A stretch of 24,000 nucleotides of DNA from assembly GCA_966248995.1 (NCBI GenBank), contig CBINBY010000028.1, forward strand, positions 1 through 24,000, given 5' to 3'. The DNA is from an uncultured Burkholderiales bacterium (GTDB lineage: Bacteria > Pseudomonadota > Gammaproteobacteria > Burkholderiales > Burkholderiaceae_C). Made by a program: the position numbers and the translations under genes. The notes under the pieces are model-generated. The model had not been told where the DNA came from, did no database searches, and was given only the letters and a program-made list of their open reading frames with translations. Positions 8,837-16,892 of this stretch are shown piece by piece. How positions within the stretch are numbered: position 1 is the first letter of the stretch; every line of letters begins with the position of its first letter.

Positions 8837-10012
8837 ATGATCTTGAAGTCGTTGCGACGCACCGGCCGGTGGCTGGTCGCGCAGGGCATTCTAGGAGGGC
8901 TGACCGCCTGCGCCGCCCCCCTTGCGCCTTACGCGCCCATGCACGGCACGCCACCCGCCCCCGCGCCGGCAGCGGTCGTGGACGATCCGGCCCCGCCTAT
9001 AGCCACCCTGCAAAGAGCGCGTTCGCGCTGGGTTAGCGTGGACTGGTTGGACCTGCCGGGCTGGTACGACGACCGGACTGCCGAGTTGTGGCCCGCTCTG
9101 CTGCGCAGCTGCGACCGGCCCGCGCCGGAGTGGGTGCGCGTATGCACCGAGGCTCGCCGCTCGCCACCCTCCAGCGACGCCGCTGCGCGGGAGTGGCTCC
9201 AGCAGCGGCTCAGGCCCTACCGCATCGAGGCCGCGGACGGCAGCGGCGATGAAGGTCTGATCACGGGGTACTTCGAGCCCCTCGTCGAGGCCACCCGTAC
9301 GCCGCGCGGCGCCTACCGTATCCCGCTGCACCTGCCGCCCGCGGACCTGGCGATGCGCAAGCCCTACTGGACCCGGCAGCAGCTCGACACGGTGCCGGCC
9401 GCGCAAAGCGCGCTGCGCGGCCGAGAACTGGCCTACGTGGCCGACCCGATGGATGCGTTGATCCTGCAGATCCAGGGCTCGGGCCGCCTGCAGCTGGCCG
9501 ACAGCGACGGCACGCGCAAGCTGGTGCGGATGGCCTTCGCCGCACACAACGAACAGCCCTACAAATCGGTCGGCCGCTGGCTCATCGAGCAAGGTGAAAT
9601 GCGAGCGGAGCAGGCCTCGTGGCCGGCCATCAAGGGCTGGGCGCAGAAGAACCCCCGGCGGGTGAACGAGCTGCTGTGGAGCAACCCGCGGGTCGTCTTC
9701 TTTCGCGAGGAGCCCTTAACCGACCCCGGGATAGGCCCCCGCGGCGCGCAAGGCGTGCCGCTCACGCCGGGCCGATCCATCGCTGTGGACCCGCAAAGCA
9801 TTCCCTACGGCACACCGGTGTGGCTGGACACCACGGAGCCCCTGAGCAGTGCGCCGCTGCGCCGGGTGGCGATGGCGCAGGACACCGGCAGCGCGATCGT
9901 AGGCGGTGTGCGGGCCGACTATTTCTGGGGCTGGGGCGAGTTTGCCGAGCAGCAGGCAGGCCGCATGAAACAGCCCTTGCGCATGTGGGCCTTGTGGCCC
10001 CGGAGCCCGTAG
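8837..10012 (+). CDS. mltA: Membrane-bound lytic murein transglycosylase A (lipoprotein)
   Basis: The C-terminal 3D domain motif AQDTGSAIVGGVRADYFWG and an MltA-specific region (GYFEP..., QGSGRL) are present. From the ATG at 8837 the N-terminus is MILKSLRRTGRWLVAQGILGGLTAC, a lipoprotein signal with an LTAC lipobox. The alternative ATG at 8771 adds 22 aa. Confidence 0.85.
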   Translation: MILKSLRRTGRWLVAQGILGGLTACAAPLAPYAPMHGTPPAPAPAAVVDDPAPPIATLQRARSRWVSVDWLDLPGWYDDRTAELWPALLRSCDRPAPEWVRVCTEARRSPPSSDAAAREWLQQRLRPYRIEAADGSGDEGLITGYFEPLVEATRTPRGAYRIPLHLPPADLAMRKPYWTRQQLDTVPAAQSALRGRELAYVADPMDALILQIQGSGRLQLADSDGTRKLVRMAFAAHNEQPYKSVGRWLIEQGEMRAEQASWPAIKGWAQKNPRRVNELLWSNPRVVFFREEPLTDPGIGPRGAQGVPLTPGRSIAVDPQSIPYGTPVWLDTTEPLSSAPLRRVAMAQDTGSAIVGGVRADYFWGWGEFAEQQAGRMKQPLRMWALWPRSP

Positions 10013-10144
10013 ATCACGGGGCCCACCGAGCGTTCGACGCGGAGTGCGCGATGAGCCGCAGCAGCGGGTGCCGGGCTCCCTGGCGGTCAGGCTCATGGCT
10101 CACAATTCACGTTTTCTTCTGGGGCCAGCACAGGCCCTGACGCC

Positions 10145-10912
10145 ATGCCCTCCCTTCCTCCTTCCAAAGGCGCGTTAGCGTCGGCCACCCGCGACCTGTC
10201 CGATGCCGAGCTAGCCGAGCTGGACCAGCTGCTGGCGGCCACGCCTGAGCCATTGCAACCGTGCGACAGCGTGGTGCTCGACGGCTTCCTGTGCGGCGTC
10301 CTGGTTCAGCCCAAGCTGATTTCCCCCGACACCTGGCTCCCGCATGTGTTCGACCTGGAGGGCCACCCGCTGCCCCCCGACGCCGACCCCGCCTGGCTGG
10401 AACGCACGCGCGCGCTCGTGCTACGCCGTCATGCCGCCCTGAACCTCGCCCTGGCCGACGAAGGCTGGTTCGACCCCATCGTCATGCAGGAAGACGAGGG
10501 CGCAGCCGCCGCGGATCTGGGCGATGACCATCCGCTCGCCGGGCTTGCGGCAGTTTCGCGCCCGCTTGCACCCTGGGTGGCCGGCTTCCAGCAGGCCCAG
10601 GTTTTCTTCCCCGAGTTGGAAACAATGCCGGACGCGACCGTGCCGGATCTCGTCGACAGGCTGTACCGACACCTGCCGCCGGAAACCGACGAAGAGCGTG
10701 CGTACGTCGAGGCGCTGAATCGTGACGCGCCGCTGGCCACACTCGACAACGCACTGGAGGAGCTGGTGCTCGTAGTGGTGGACCTCTACCACCACACCGC
10801 CGAGCAGCGCTACCGTGTCGAGACGGTCAGGCGAGACACGCCCAAGGTCGGCCGCAACGACCCCTGCCCGTGCGGCAGCGGAAGCAAGTACAAGCACTGC
10901 CACGGCGCCTGA
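10145..10912 (+). CDS. YecA-like protein: UPF0149 domain plus C-terminal SEC-C (SecA-type) metal-binding motif
   Basis: The N-terminal segment [12 protein letters not shown] is typical of UPF0149 (YecA/YgfB family). The C-terminus [20 protein letters not shown] is a canonical SEC-C CxCxSGx8CH zinc knuckle. Confidence 0.82.
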   Translation: MPSLPPSKGALASATRDLSDAELAELDQLLAATPEPLQPCDSVVLDGFLCGVLVQPKLISPDTWLPHVFDLEGHPLPPDADPAWLERTRALVLRRHAALNLALADEGWFDPIVMQEDEGAAAADLGDDHPLAGLAAVSRPLAPWVAGFQQAQVFFPELETMPDATVPDLVDRLYRHLPPETDEERAYVEALNRDAPLATLDNALEELVLVVVDLYHHTAEQRYRVETVRRDTPKVGRNDPCPCGSGSKYKHCHGA

Positions 10913-10917
10913 GCTGC

Positions 10918-11688
10918 ATGCGTTTGCAAGTGCTGTCCGATCTCCACCTGGAAACCGAGGCGCACTTGCCGGTCCCGGCCGAGGATGCCGAACTGCTCGT
11001 GCTGGCAGGCGACATCGACAGCACCTGGGCCGGGCTGGAGCACTTTCGCGGTTGGCCGCAGCCCGTGGTTTTCGTGGCGGGCAACCACGAGTTCGACAAC
11101 CGCGAGCTGAGCGATGCCTGGCCCGCGTTGCGCGAGCGCTGCGAAGCGCTGGGCTTCACCGCGCTGGAATGCGGGAGCGTAGTACGCCGCGGCGCCGATG
11201 GGCGACGCATCCGCTTCGTGGGCACCACACGTTGGTGCGACTTCGGCCTGTTTGGTCAACCCGCCGAGGAGCGCGTGCTGCGCGCTGCCGGCTATTTCAT
11301 GCGCGTGCAGCGGTCCACGCTGCACAAGGAGCCCTTCGACCCCACGGCTGTACGGGCACAGGCGCTGACATGCCGCGCCTGGCTCGCCGCCGAGCTGTCA
11401 GCGCCGCCCGGCGACTGGGACGCCACTGTCGTCATCACGCATTTCGGCCCCAGCCTGCGTAGCGCTGACCCTCGATACGGCAGGCAGCCCGGGACTGCGA
11501 GCTTCTGCAACGCGGACGACGACCTGCTGCCGCATGCGGCGCTGTGGATCCATGGCCATGTGCACTGCCGGCACGATTACCTCGTAAGCCACGCCGCCGG
11601 CCACACCCGTGTCGTGTGCAATGCCCGCGGCCATACGCGCCGCGGGGAGACCGAGGACTACAACCCCGTCTTCGTGGTGGATGTCTGA
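10918..11688 (+). CDS. Calcineurin-like metallophosphoesterase
   Basis: Ordered MPE motifs are present: SDLHLE, AGDI, GNHEF, THF and GHVHCRH. The ATG at 10918 lies 5 nt after the stop of the preceding gene. The ORF-track start at 10870 overlaps that gene. Confidence 0.82.
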   Translation: MRLQVLSDLHLETEAHLPVPAEDAELLVLAGDIDSTWAGLEHFRGWPQPVVFVAGNHEFDNRELSDAWPALRERCEALGFTALECGSVVRRGADGRRIRFVGTTRWCDFGLFGQPAEERVLRAAGYFMRVQRSTLHKEPFDPTAVRAQALTCRAWLAAELSAPPGDWDATVVITHFGPSLRSADPRYGRQPGTASFCNADDDLLPHAALWIHGHVHCRHDYLVSHAAGHTRVVCNARGHTRRGETEDYNPVFVVDV

Positions 11689-11758
11689 ACCTCGGCGGCG
11701 GTCGGGATTCTCGGCGCCAGTTGCTGAGCTTTTCCTGACGTAGCTGCGTCGCAGCGGT

Positions 11759-11983
11759 TCAACGCCGGGGAATGAACGACCGGTCGTTTTGCGTCGACGC
11801 AGCGCTGTCCGGCTCGCCCACACCGATGGCACCTTCGTCCGGCGACAAGCTGGCGTCGAGGCCGAAGGCTGTGCCCATGTCGGCGTAATCGCTGTCCGGT
11901 TTGGCATCGTGCCGGCCAAAACCGATGGATGCCCACCACGGAGTCTTCGCAACCTTGTTCATAGCCGCCTGCCCGCTCTTCAT
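11759..11983 (-). CDS. Hypothetical small acidic protein (74 aa; possible alternative start at Met8)
   Basis: The ORF has mostly G/C third positions when read codon by codon. There is no recognisable domain and only a weak SD. Its 3' end contains two perfect palindromes. Confidence 0.3.
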   Translation of the reverse strand: MKSGQAAMNKVAKTPWWASIGFGRHDAKPDSDYADMGTAFGLDASLSPDEGAIGVGEPDSAASTQNDRSFIPRR

Positions 11984-12250
11984 GTCCTGCGGTGTTCATG
12001 ATGGCGTGTGCGCGCCGGCGTGTGGGACCGCAAGCCCGAACTGAACCGCGCTTCACGTGCACTTCGTTACGACATAACACGTTTGGCGACGGCTCTCCGC
12101 TCGAAAATCCGGCGGCGCCGCTGCGTTGCAGTGCAGCAACGCCAGGTGGCGATGGTTCAAGCTTCCGGTGGAAACTCGGCGACCTTCGCTTTTGACGCGT
12201 GCGAAGCGGCTACGCGATGCGCCAGTCGCAGCAATGGGAGAACGAACACG

Positions 12251-12475
12251 ATGACCTTGTCTTCGCTGCAGGCACTGAGCTGGGGCACCGTGGCCAGTGC
12301 AGTGGCCAGTGCCCTGCTGTTGGCCGCCCGAGAACCCGGGGGCTTGGAAGTCAAGCACCTCCACCCGCTCGTCAGCCAGCCGCGCGCAAACGAAGCGGCA
12401 GCACCCACCGCGCGCCTCGTAGGCGGACTGGTGCCGCCACATCCCGAGCAGGTACAGCGGGTCGCGCCACGCTGA
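12251..12475 (+). CDS. Hypothetical small protein (74 aa) with one hydrophobic segment
   Basis: GGGAGA lies 9 nt upstream of the ATG at 12251. Third-position G/C rises sharply at this ATG compared with the upstream part of the same frame. It contains an in-frame 12-nt tandem duplication (VASAVASA). No recognisable domain. Confidence 0.3.
   Translation: MTLSSLQALSWGTVASAVASALLLAAREPGGLEVKHLHPLVSQPRANEAAAPTARLVGGLVPPHPEQVQRVAPR
12290..12312 (+). repeat. Tandem duplication with 12-nt period (GTGGCCAGTGC x2)
   Basis: GTGGCCAGTGC occurs at 12290-12300 and again at 12302-12312. The period is a multiple of 3 and encodes VASA-VASA in the 12251 frame. Confidence 0.8.
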
Positions 12476-12497
12476 GAGCGGAGCGCGCACGCCGGAA

Positions 12498-13187
12498 TCA
12501 GCGACGCCGCGTACTGCGTGGCCGTGGCGATGGCCGAGGCGGCCGCTGCTGCGGCCGAGCCACATCCGCTAGCAGCAAGGTCGCGCGCACCAGATCCTCC
12601 ACCGCGTCGGCAAGGTCGGCCGGGGGCTCCAGCGTTTCGATCTCCTGCAGCAACTCGTCGGCGTCCTCAAGGTCGTCGGGCTCCAGGTACTGATACAGCA
12701 GCGCAAGTGGCTCCAGCAAGGTGGATGCGTCGAGCCCCGTGAGCTTGGGGAAAATCTCCAGCGCGGTGGCGAACCCGCCTACCCACGGGTAGACGACCTC
12801 GCGCACCCCCGGCGGTTCAGGCTCCTCCACCTGCCTGCCGGGCAGGGTCGCGGGGTCTTCCAGTTCGAACACCCAAGGGTCGAACCAGCGGCGCTGTGCG
12901 ATGGCATCGTCCAATTCCGCATGCCGGCGGTGCACCAGCGCATGCAGCTTTTGCGCGTCGAACGAAGCCGGCAGCGGACGGCCTTCCTCATCGGTGACGA
13001 ACGGCAACCAACGTGCAGCCACGATGGCTTGCGGCTGCACCAGCACGCCGCACAGGAAACCGTCGAGCATGCTCACATCCAGCGGCTCCAACGGCTGGGG
13101 CACCGCATCGAGCAGCGCCTGCAGGGCATCGATTTCGGACTCATCGAGAGGCCGGACGACGGGACGGGAGCGCAATGGAGGAGCCAT
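12498..13187 (-). CDS. UPF0149-family protein, paralog of 10145-10912 without SEC-C motif; Pro/Arg-rich C-terminal tail
   Basis: It is collinear with the plus-strand paralog: [31 protein letters not shown]...FP, DLVRA. It ends ...PQQRPPRPSPRPRSTRRR. The ATG at 13187 gives an N-terminal length matching the paralog. The ORF-track TTG start at 13352 is unsupported. No SD is seen. Confidence 0.75.
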   Translation of the reverse strand: MAPPLRSRPVVRPLDESEIDALQALLDAVPQPLEPLDVSMLDGFLCGVLVQPQAIVAARWLPFVTDEEGRPLPASFDAQKLHALVHRRHAELDDAIAQRRWFDPWVFELEDPATLPGRQVEEPEPPGVREVVYPWVGGFATALEIFPKLTGLDASTLLEPLALLYQYLEPDDLEDADELLQEIETLEPPADLADAVEDLVRATLLLADVARPQQRPPRPSPRPRSTRRR

Positions 13188-13378
13188 CAGGTGATTTTCG
13201 CCGGGCAGCCGGCAGGTTCCGAGCTCATGGACGTTCCTGCCATAGTTCGATGGCACAGGGCTCCCTCGTATTGGGGATACTCGCCCCCCAAGGTGGCTTC
13301 TACATTGACAGACATTGCTGCTGTCCGTTTCCGGGCAGGGCCACCGTCCCAACGACGTCCTTTATGAGGACTTCACAA

Positions 13379-13413
13379 GCCCACCTGCCACCGTGCAGGT
13401 GGGCTCTTTTTTT
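13379..13413 (+). terminator. Rho-independent terminator with no upstream plus-strand CDS
   Basis: GCCCACCTGC (13379-13388) and GCAGGTGGGC (13395-13404) form a perfect 10-bp stem with a 6-nt loop CACCGT, followed by TCTTTTTTT (13405-13413). On the minus strand the hairpin is not followed by a T-run. Confidence 0.8.
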
Positions 13414-13516
13414 GCTCGGGCAGTTACCCCATGGCGCGGCGCAGGGTCGTGCAGGGCCGCTGGCAGCGGACCACCCGCACCCATAGACTGGAGCTTCGCT
13501 TTCAAGGAGACCAGGC

Positions 13517-15037
13517 ATGGGGGCGCCAGAAGCATTCACCGGCACCACGGACATCGGGCATTACATCGGGGGCCGCGTCGTGGCCACCGAAGGGGGACGC
13601 CGGCAGCCGGTCTACAACCCGGCACACGGTACGGTCGCACGCCAGGTGAGCCTGGGTACGGCGGAAGACGTGGCGGCCGCGGTGGCTGCAGCGCAGGCGG
13701 CGTTCCCGGGCTGGGCCGACACGCCGCCCATTCGGCGCGCACGGGTGCTGAACCGCTTTCTCGCACTGCTCAACGAGCACCGCGACACCCTGGCTGCGAT
13801 GATTACGGCCGAGCACGGCAAGGTCTACAGCGACGCGCAGGGCGAGGTCACGCGGGGCATCGAGATCGTGGAGTTCGCCTGCGGGGCGCCACAGCTACTC
13901 AAGGGCGACTACACCGATCAGGTCTCCACCGGGGTGGACAACTGGACGCTGCGGCAGCCGCTGGGGGTGGTGGCCGGCATCACGCCGTTCAACTTCCCGT
14001 GCATGGTGCCGTGCTGGATGTTCCCGCTCGCGCTGGCCTGCGGGAACAGCTTCGTGCTCAAGCCGAGCGAACGCGACCCGTCGCCGTCCCTGCTCATGGC
14101 CGACCTGCTCAAGCAGGCAGGCCTGCCCGACGGGGTGTTCAACGTGGTGCAGGGCGACAAGGTCGTGGTGGACGCGCTGCTCGCGCACCCCGACGTGCGG
14201 GCGCTCAGTTTCGTCGGCTCCACGCCGATCGCGCAATACATCTACGAAACGGGCGCCCGACACGGCAAGCGCGTGCAGGCGCTGGGCGGCGCGAAGAACC
14301 ACATGGTGGTCATGCCCGATGCCGACCTCGACCAGGCGGTGGACGCCCTCGTCGGCGCGGCGTATGGGTCGGCGGGCGAGCGCTGCATGGCGATCAGCGT
14401 GGCCGTGCTGGTGGGGGACGCGGGCGAGCGCATCGTGCCTCGGCTGGCCGAGCGCGTGCGCCAACTGAAGATCGGCAACGGTATGGAGCCGGACGCGGAG
14501 ATGGGGCCCGTCGTCACGCGCGAGGCGCTGGAGCGCATCGAAAGCTGTATCGATGTCGGGGTGCGCGAAGGTGCTCAGCTGGTGGTGGACGGCCGGCAGC
14601 TGAAAGTGGCGGGCCACGAAAAGGGTTTTTTCACCGGCGGCACGCTCTTCGACCATGTGCTGCCGGGCATGCGCATCTGCCGGGAGGAAATCTTCGGCCC
14701 CGTGCTGTCATGCGTCCGCGCCGCAAACCTCGCCGAAGCGGTGCAGCTGGTCAACGCGCACGAGTACGGCAACGGCGTGGCCTGCTATACGCGCGACGGC
14801 AACGTGGCCCGCGAGTTCGCGCGCCGGGTGCAGGTGGGCATGGTGGGGATCAACGTGCCCATCCCGGTACCGATGGCCTGGCATGGTTTCGGCGGGTGGA
14901 AGCGCAGCCTGTTCGGCGACATGCATGCGTACGGCGAAGAGGGCGTTCGCTTCTATACGAAGCAGAAGTCCGTCATGCAGCGGTGGCCTGAAAGCACGGC
15001 CAAGGGCGCGGAATTCGCAATGCCTACGGCGAAATAG
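13517..15037 (+). CDS. mmsA: Methylmalonate-semialdehyde dehydrogenase (CoA-acylating)
   Basis: 506-aa aldehyde dehydrogenase with [31 protein letters not shown] and the catalytic Cys context GERCMAIS. Length and C-terminus are typical of MmsA. AAGGAGA SD at 13504-13510. Confidence 0.9.
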   Translation: MGAPEAFTGTTDIGHYIGGRVVATEGGRRQPVYNPAHGTVARQVSLGTAEDVAAAVAAAQAAFPGWADTPPIRRARVLNRFLALLNEHRDTLAAMITAEHGKVYSDAQGEVTRGIEIVEFACGAPQLLKGDYTDQVSTGVDNWTLRQPLGVVAGITPFNFPCMVPCWMFPLALACGNSFVLKPSERDPSPSLLMADLLKQAGLPDGVFNVVQGDKVVVDALLAHPDVRALSFVGSTPIAQYIYETGARHGKRVQALGGAKNHMVVMPDADLDQAVDALVGAAYGSAGERCMAISVAVLVGDAGERIVPRLAERVRQLKIGNGMEPDAEMGPVVTREALERIESCIDVGVREGAQLVVDGRQLKVAGHEKGFFTGGTLFDHVLPGMRICREEIFGPVLSCVRAANLAEAVQLVNAHEYGNGVACYTRDGNVAREFARRVQVGMVGINVPIPVPMAWHGFGGWKRSLFGDMHAYGEEGVRFYTKQKSVMQRWPESTAKGAEFAMPTAK

Positions 15038-15129
15038 GTCGTTTTCCCGCTTTGGCCGCTTCGGTGCCGGCCCTGCCACCCGGCGTGGTGTAGCCTGAAC
15101 GCGTCTCACGCTCCCTCACCACACCGCCC

Positions 15130-16785
15130 ATGCCGCCCGCCGCCGATCCGCTTGCCGGACTGCTGCACGAGGCCCGAGAAGCCTTGAACGGCCTGCAGCT
15201 GGTGCAGGGGCGGGAGCTTGCGGAGCAGGCCTGGGCCCTGGCGCAAGCCTCGGGCACGCCGGGCGCCAAGGCCGAAGCGGGACACCTGCTTTGCATCTTC
15301 CACTACCGGCTAGGTGCTTTCGCCGCGCTGCTGTCGCTCGGGGAAGCCGTGCTGCCCGCGCTCGCGGCACCGGCGTCACGCGACCAGCGCATCGACGTGC
15401 TGCGCTGGATGACGCTGGCGGGCTGCGAAACGGGCCGCTTCGACCGCGCGCTGCGCCATGCCAACGACGGCTACGCGCTGGCACAGCAGGCCGGCGATCC
15501 GCGCCAGCTCGCCCTGTCGCTAACGGCACTGGGCGCCTGCTTCGAACGCATGGGTGATCCGTGGCAGGCCGAGCGGCTGATGCACGATGCGCTGCGCGAA
15601 GCACGCGCGTCGGGCGATGCCTTCGCGCTGCTCGTGGCGCTGAACAATCTTTGCGCGGTGTGCATCGGTGCCTTCTACCTGCTGCGCGACAGCGACGAGC
15701 CCGCAGAGGCAACCGCGGCGCTGCGACGGGCCCTGGTCCATGCACGCGAGGCCCACACACTCGTGCAGGACTTCGCCGACCCGTTCTTCTCAGTGTTCGT
15801 GGAAGGCAATCTGGGAGAGGTGCTGCTGCATCTTGGGAACACCCACGAGGCACGGCGCCTGCTCGACGCGGCGCTGCAGCGCGGCCTGGAGCAAGGGTAC
15901 GAGGCGCAGGTGTGGCACATCCGCTGCTCGATCTGTGAGCTGCTGCTGGCGCAAGGCCAGGCGCACGAAGCCCATGTCGCCTTGGCCGGCCTGCTCAAGG
16001 AGCTGACCGGCGCCAACCCGCGATCCACGCTCATCCGGGTGCGGCACGCGCTGTACCGCGCCTGCCGCATGCTGGGCCGCGTGGAGGAGGCGCTGGTGCA
16101 TTTCGAGCAGCATGAGCGCCTGGAGCGCAGCCGCTCCACCAGCCAGCTCAAGGCGCAGTCGATCCTGTTCGTCACACGGGTCGAGACCGAGCAGATCAGG
16201 CTGCAGGCCGAGCGCGCGCGGCAGGAGGCCGACCGCGAACGATCCCGGGCAGCCGGCCTGGAGGCCGAGGCGCACAGCGATGGGCTCACCGGCCTGGGCA
16301 ACCGTCGTCATCTGGACCAACGCCTGCCGCGGCTGCTGCAACGTGCGCACGAGCAGGGGCTGCCGCTGGCGGTAGCGCTGGTCGACCTGGATCTCTTCAA
16401 GCAGATCAACGACCGCTTCGGCCATGCGATCGGCGACAAGGTGCTGGTGGAGATGGCGCATCAGCTGCGCGAGAACACCCGCGCCGGCGATGTGCTGGCA
16501 CGCATCGGCGGCGAGGAGTTCCTCATCGTCTTCGCAGACATGACCGGTGCGCAGGCCTACGAGGTCTGCGAGCGGCTGCGCGTGCGCGTGGCCGCACACG
16601 ACTGGGAATCGATCGCGCCGCAGCTGAAGGTCACTCTCAGCATCGGACTGGCGCACGCGCCTCCCTACGACATCGTGGCGCTGTTCGACGAAGCCGACCG
16701 CGCCATGTATCGCGCCAAGCAGGGCGGCCGCGACCGGGTGGAACGCCAGGCGGAACCCGACGCCTCGCCGGCCCCCAGCGGGTAA
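15130..16785 (+). CDS. Diguanylate cyclase (GGDEF) with N-terminal TPR-like helical repeat region and coiled coil
   Basis: The C-terminal GGDEF domain has active site RIGGEEF and an RxxD I-site (RAGD) exactly 5 residues upstream. The N-terminal ~330 aa is Ala/Leu-rich helical repeats, followed by a charged coiled coil (RLQAERARQEADRERSRAAGLEAEA). Confidence 0.9.
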   Translation: MPPAADPLAGLLHEAREALNGLQLVQGRELAEQAWALAQASGTPGAKAEAGHLLCIFHYRLGAFAALLSLGEAVLPALAAPASRDQRIDVLRWMTLAGCETGRFDRALRHANDGYALAQQAGDPRQLALSLTALGACFERMGDPWQAERLMHDALREARASGDAFALLVALNNLCAVCIGAFYLLRDSDEPAEATAALRRALVHAREAHTLVQDFADPFFSVFVEGNLGEVLLHLGNTHEARRLLDAALQRGLEQGYEAQVWHIRCSICELLLAQGQAHEAHVALAGLLKELTGANPRSTLIRVRHALYRACRMLGRVEEALVHFEQHERLERSRSTSQLKAQSILFVTRVETEQIRLQAERARQEADRERSRAAGLEAEAHSDGLTGLGNRRHLDQRLPRLLQRAHEQGLPLAVALVDLDLFKQINDRFGHAIGDKVLVEMAHQLRENTRAGDVLARIGGEEFLIVFADMTGAQAYEVCERLRVRVAAHDWESIAPQLKVTLSIGLAHAPPYDIVALFDEADRAMYRAKQGGRDRVERQAEPDASPAPSG

Positions 16786-16892
16786 TCCGCAAGAGCATCC
16801 ACAGGCACACCGATTGCCGCCCCCACGCACGGCGGCCGGGCCTTCGCGCCGTCTCACGCGCCGCCCCCAGTGTCGTGACAAGGAGAAAGCAA

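Noticed and set aside
8888-8893. A fourth TAGAAT (minus strand) inside the mltA signal-peptide coding region, considered as a possible antisense promoter.
   Set aside because: It lacks the CCG extension shared by the other three copies and has no downstream ATG or ORF. A single 6-mer match is expected by chance.
13251-13266. TGGCAC-N5-TCCCT, resembling a sigma54 -24/-12 promoter that could drive the candidate sRNA.
   Set aside because: The -24 half is perfect, but the -12 element reads TCCC instead of TTGC and so lacks the conserved GC. No enhancer-binding protein gene is nearby. The match is too weak to call.
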